64,000 bases of DNA from Monocercomonoides exilis PA203 (lineage: Eukaryota; Protista; Preaxostyla): assembly GCA_001643675.2 (NCBI GenBank), contig LSRY02000011.1:186001-250000 (forward strand), in the 5' to 3' direction. Below the pieces are notes generated by a model. The model searched no databases and was not told where the DNA came from. It was given only the letters and a program-made list of their open reading frames with translations. A program made the translations under genes and the position numbers. Within the stretch, counting starts at the first letter, position 1, and each line of letters begins with the position of its first letter. Below are positions 63,945-64,000 of the stretch, piece by piece.

Positions 63945-64000
<56 letters not shown>
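63945..64000 (+). repeat. (TC)n microsatellite running off the window end
   Basis: Direct reading. Confidence 0.95.

Noticed and set aside
1-64000. Non-standard genetic code (TAA/TAG = Gln, as in some oxymonads and diplomonads)
   Set aside because: Conserved genes end at TAA/TAG at the expected positions (TFIIB TAG, GBE1 TAA), and multi-kb ORFs contain no in-frame TAA/TAG.

Overview
This is eukaryotic nuclear DNA from an AT-rich, intron-containing flagellate protist using the standard genetic code. Short GT-AG introns and extreme poly-Ser/Glu insertions suggest an oxymonad such as Monocercomonoides, but that is inference. About 16 genes were reconstructed by hand-splicing. In order: a giant intronless MON2-like ORF (17365 to <1, minus strand, at least 5,788 codons, absent from the ORF track because it has no stop inside the window), coronin, a small hypothetical gene, DNA polymerase epsilon catalytic subunit, an EI24-like membrane protein, TFIIB (with a GC-AG intron), DPCD, a ~4,285-aa REV3/Pol zeta carrying a Taspase1-type QLDGMDD motif, a CIMIP1/C20orf85-like protein, tRNA-Thr(UGU), an ACR2/Cdc25-like rhodanese, a hypothetical protein, glycogen branching enzyme, RPP21, DNAJB13/RSP16 and VPS45 (runs off the right end). 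The non-coding DNA holds a cluster of long foldback inverted repeats (34.9-36.1 kb) and a 969-bp TA-flanked TIR element with hairpin-rich ends starting a few bases upstream of the tRNA gene. All family assignments rest on motif recognition from memory; no database searches were run.
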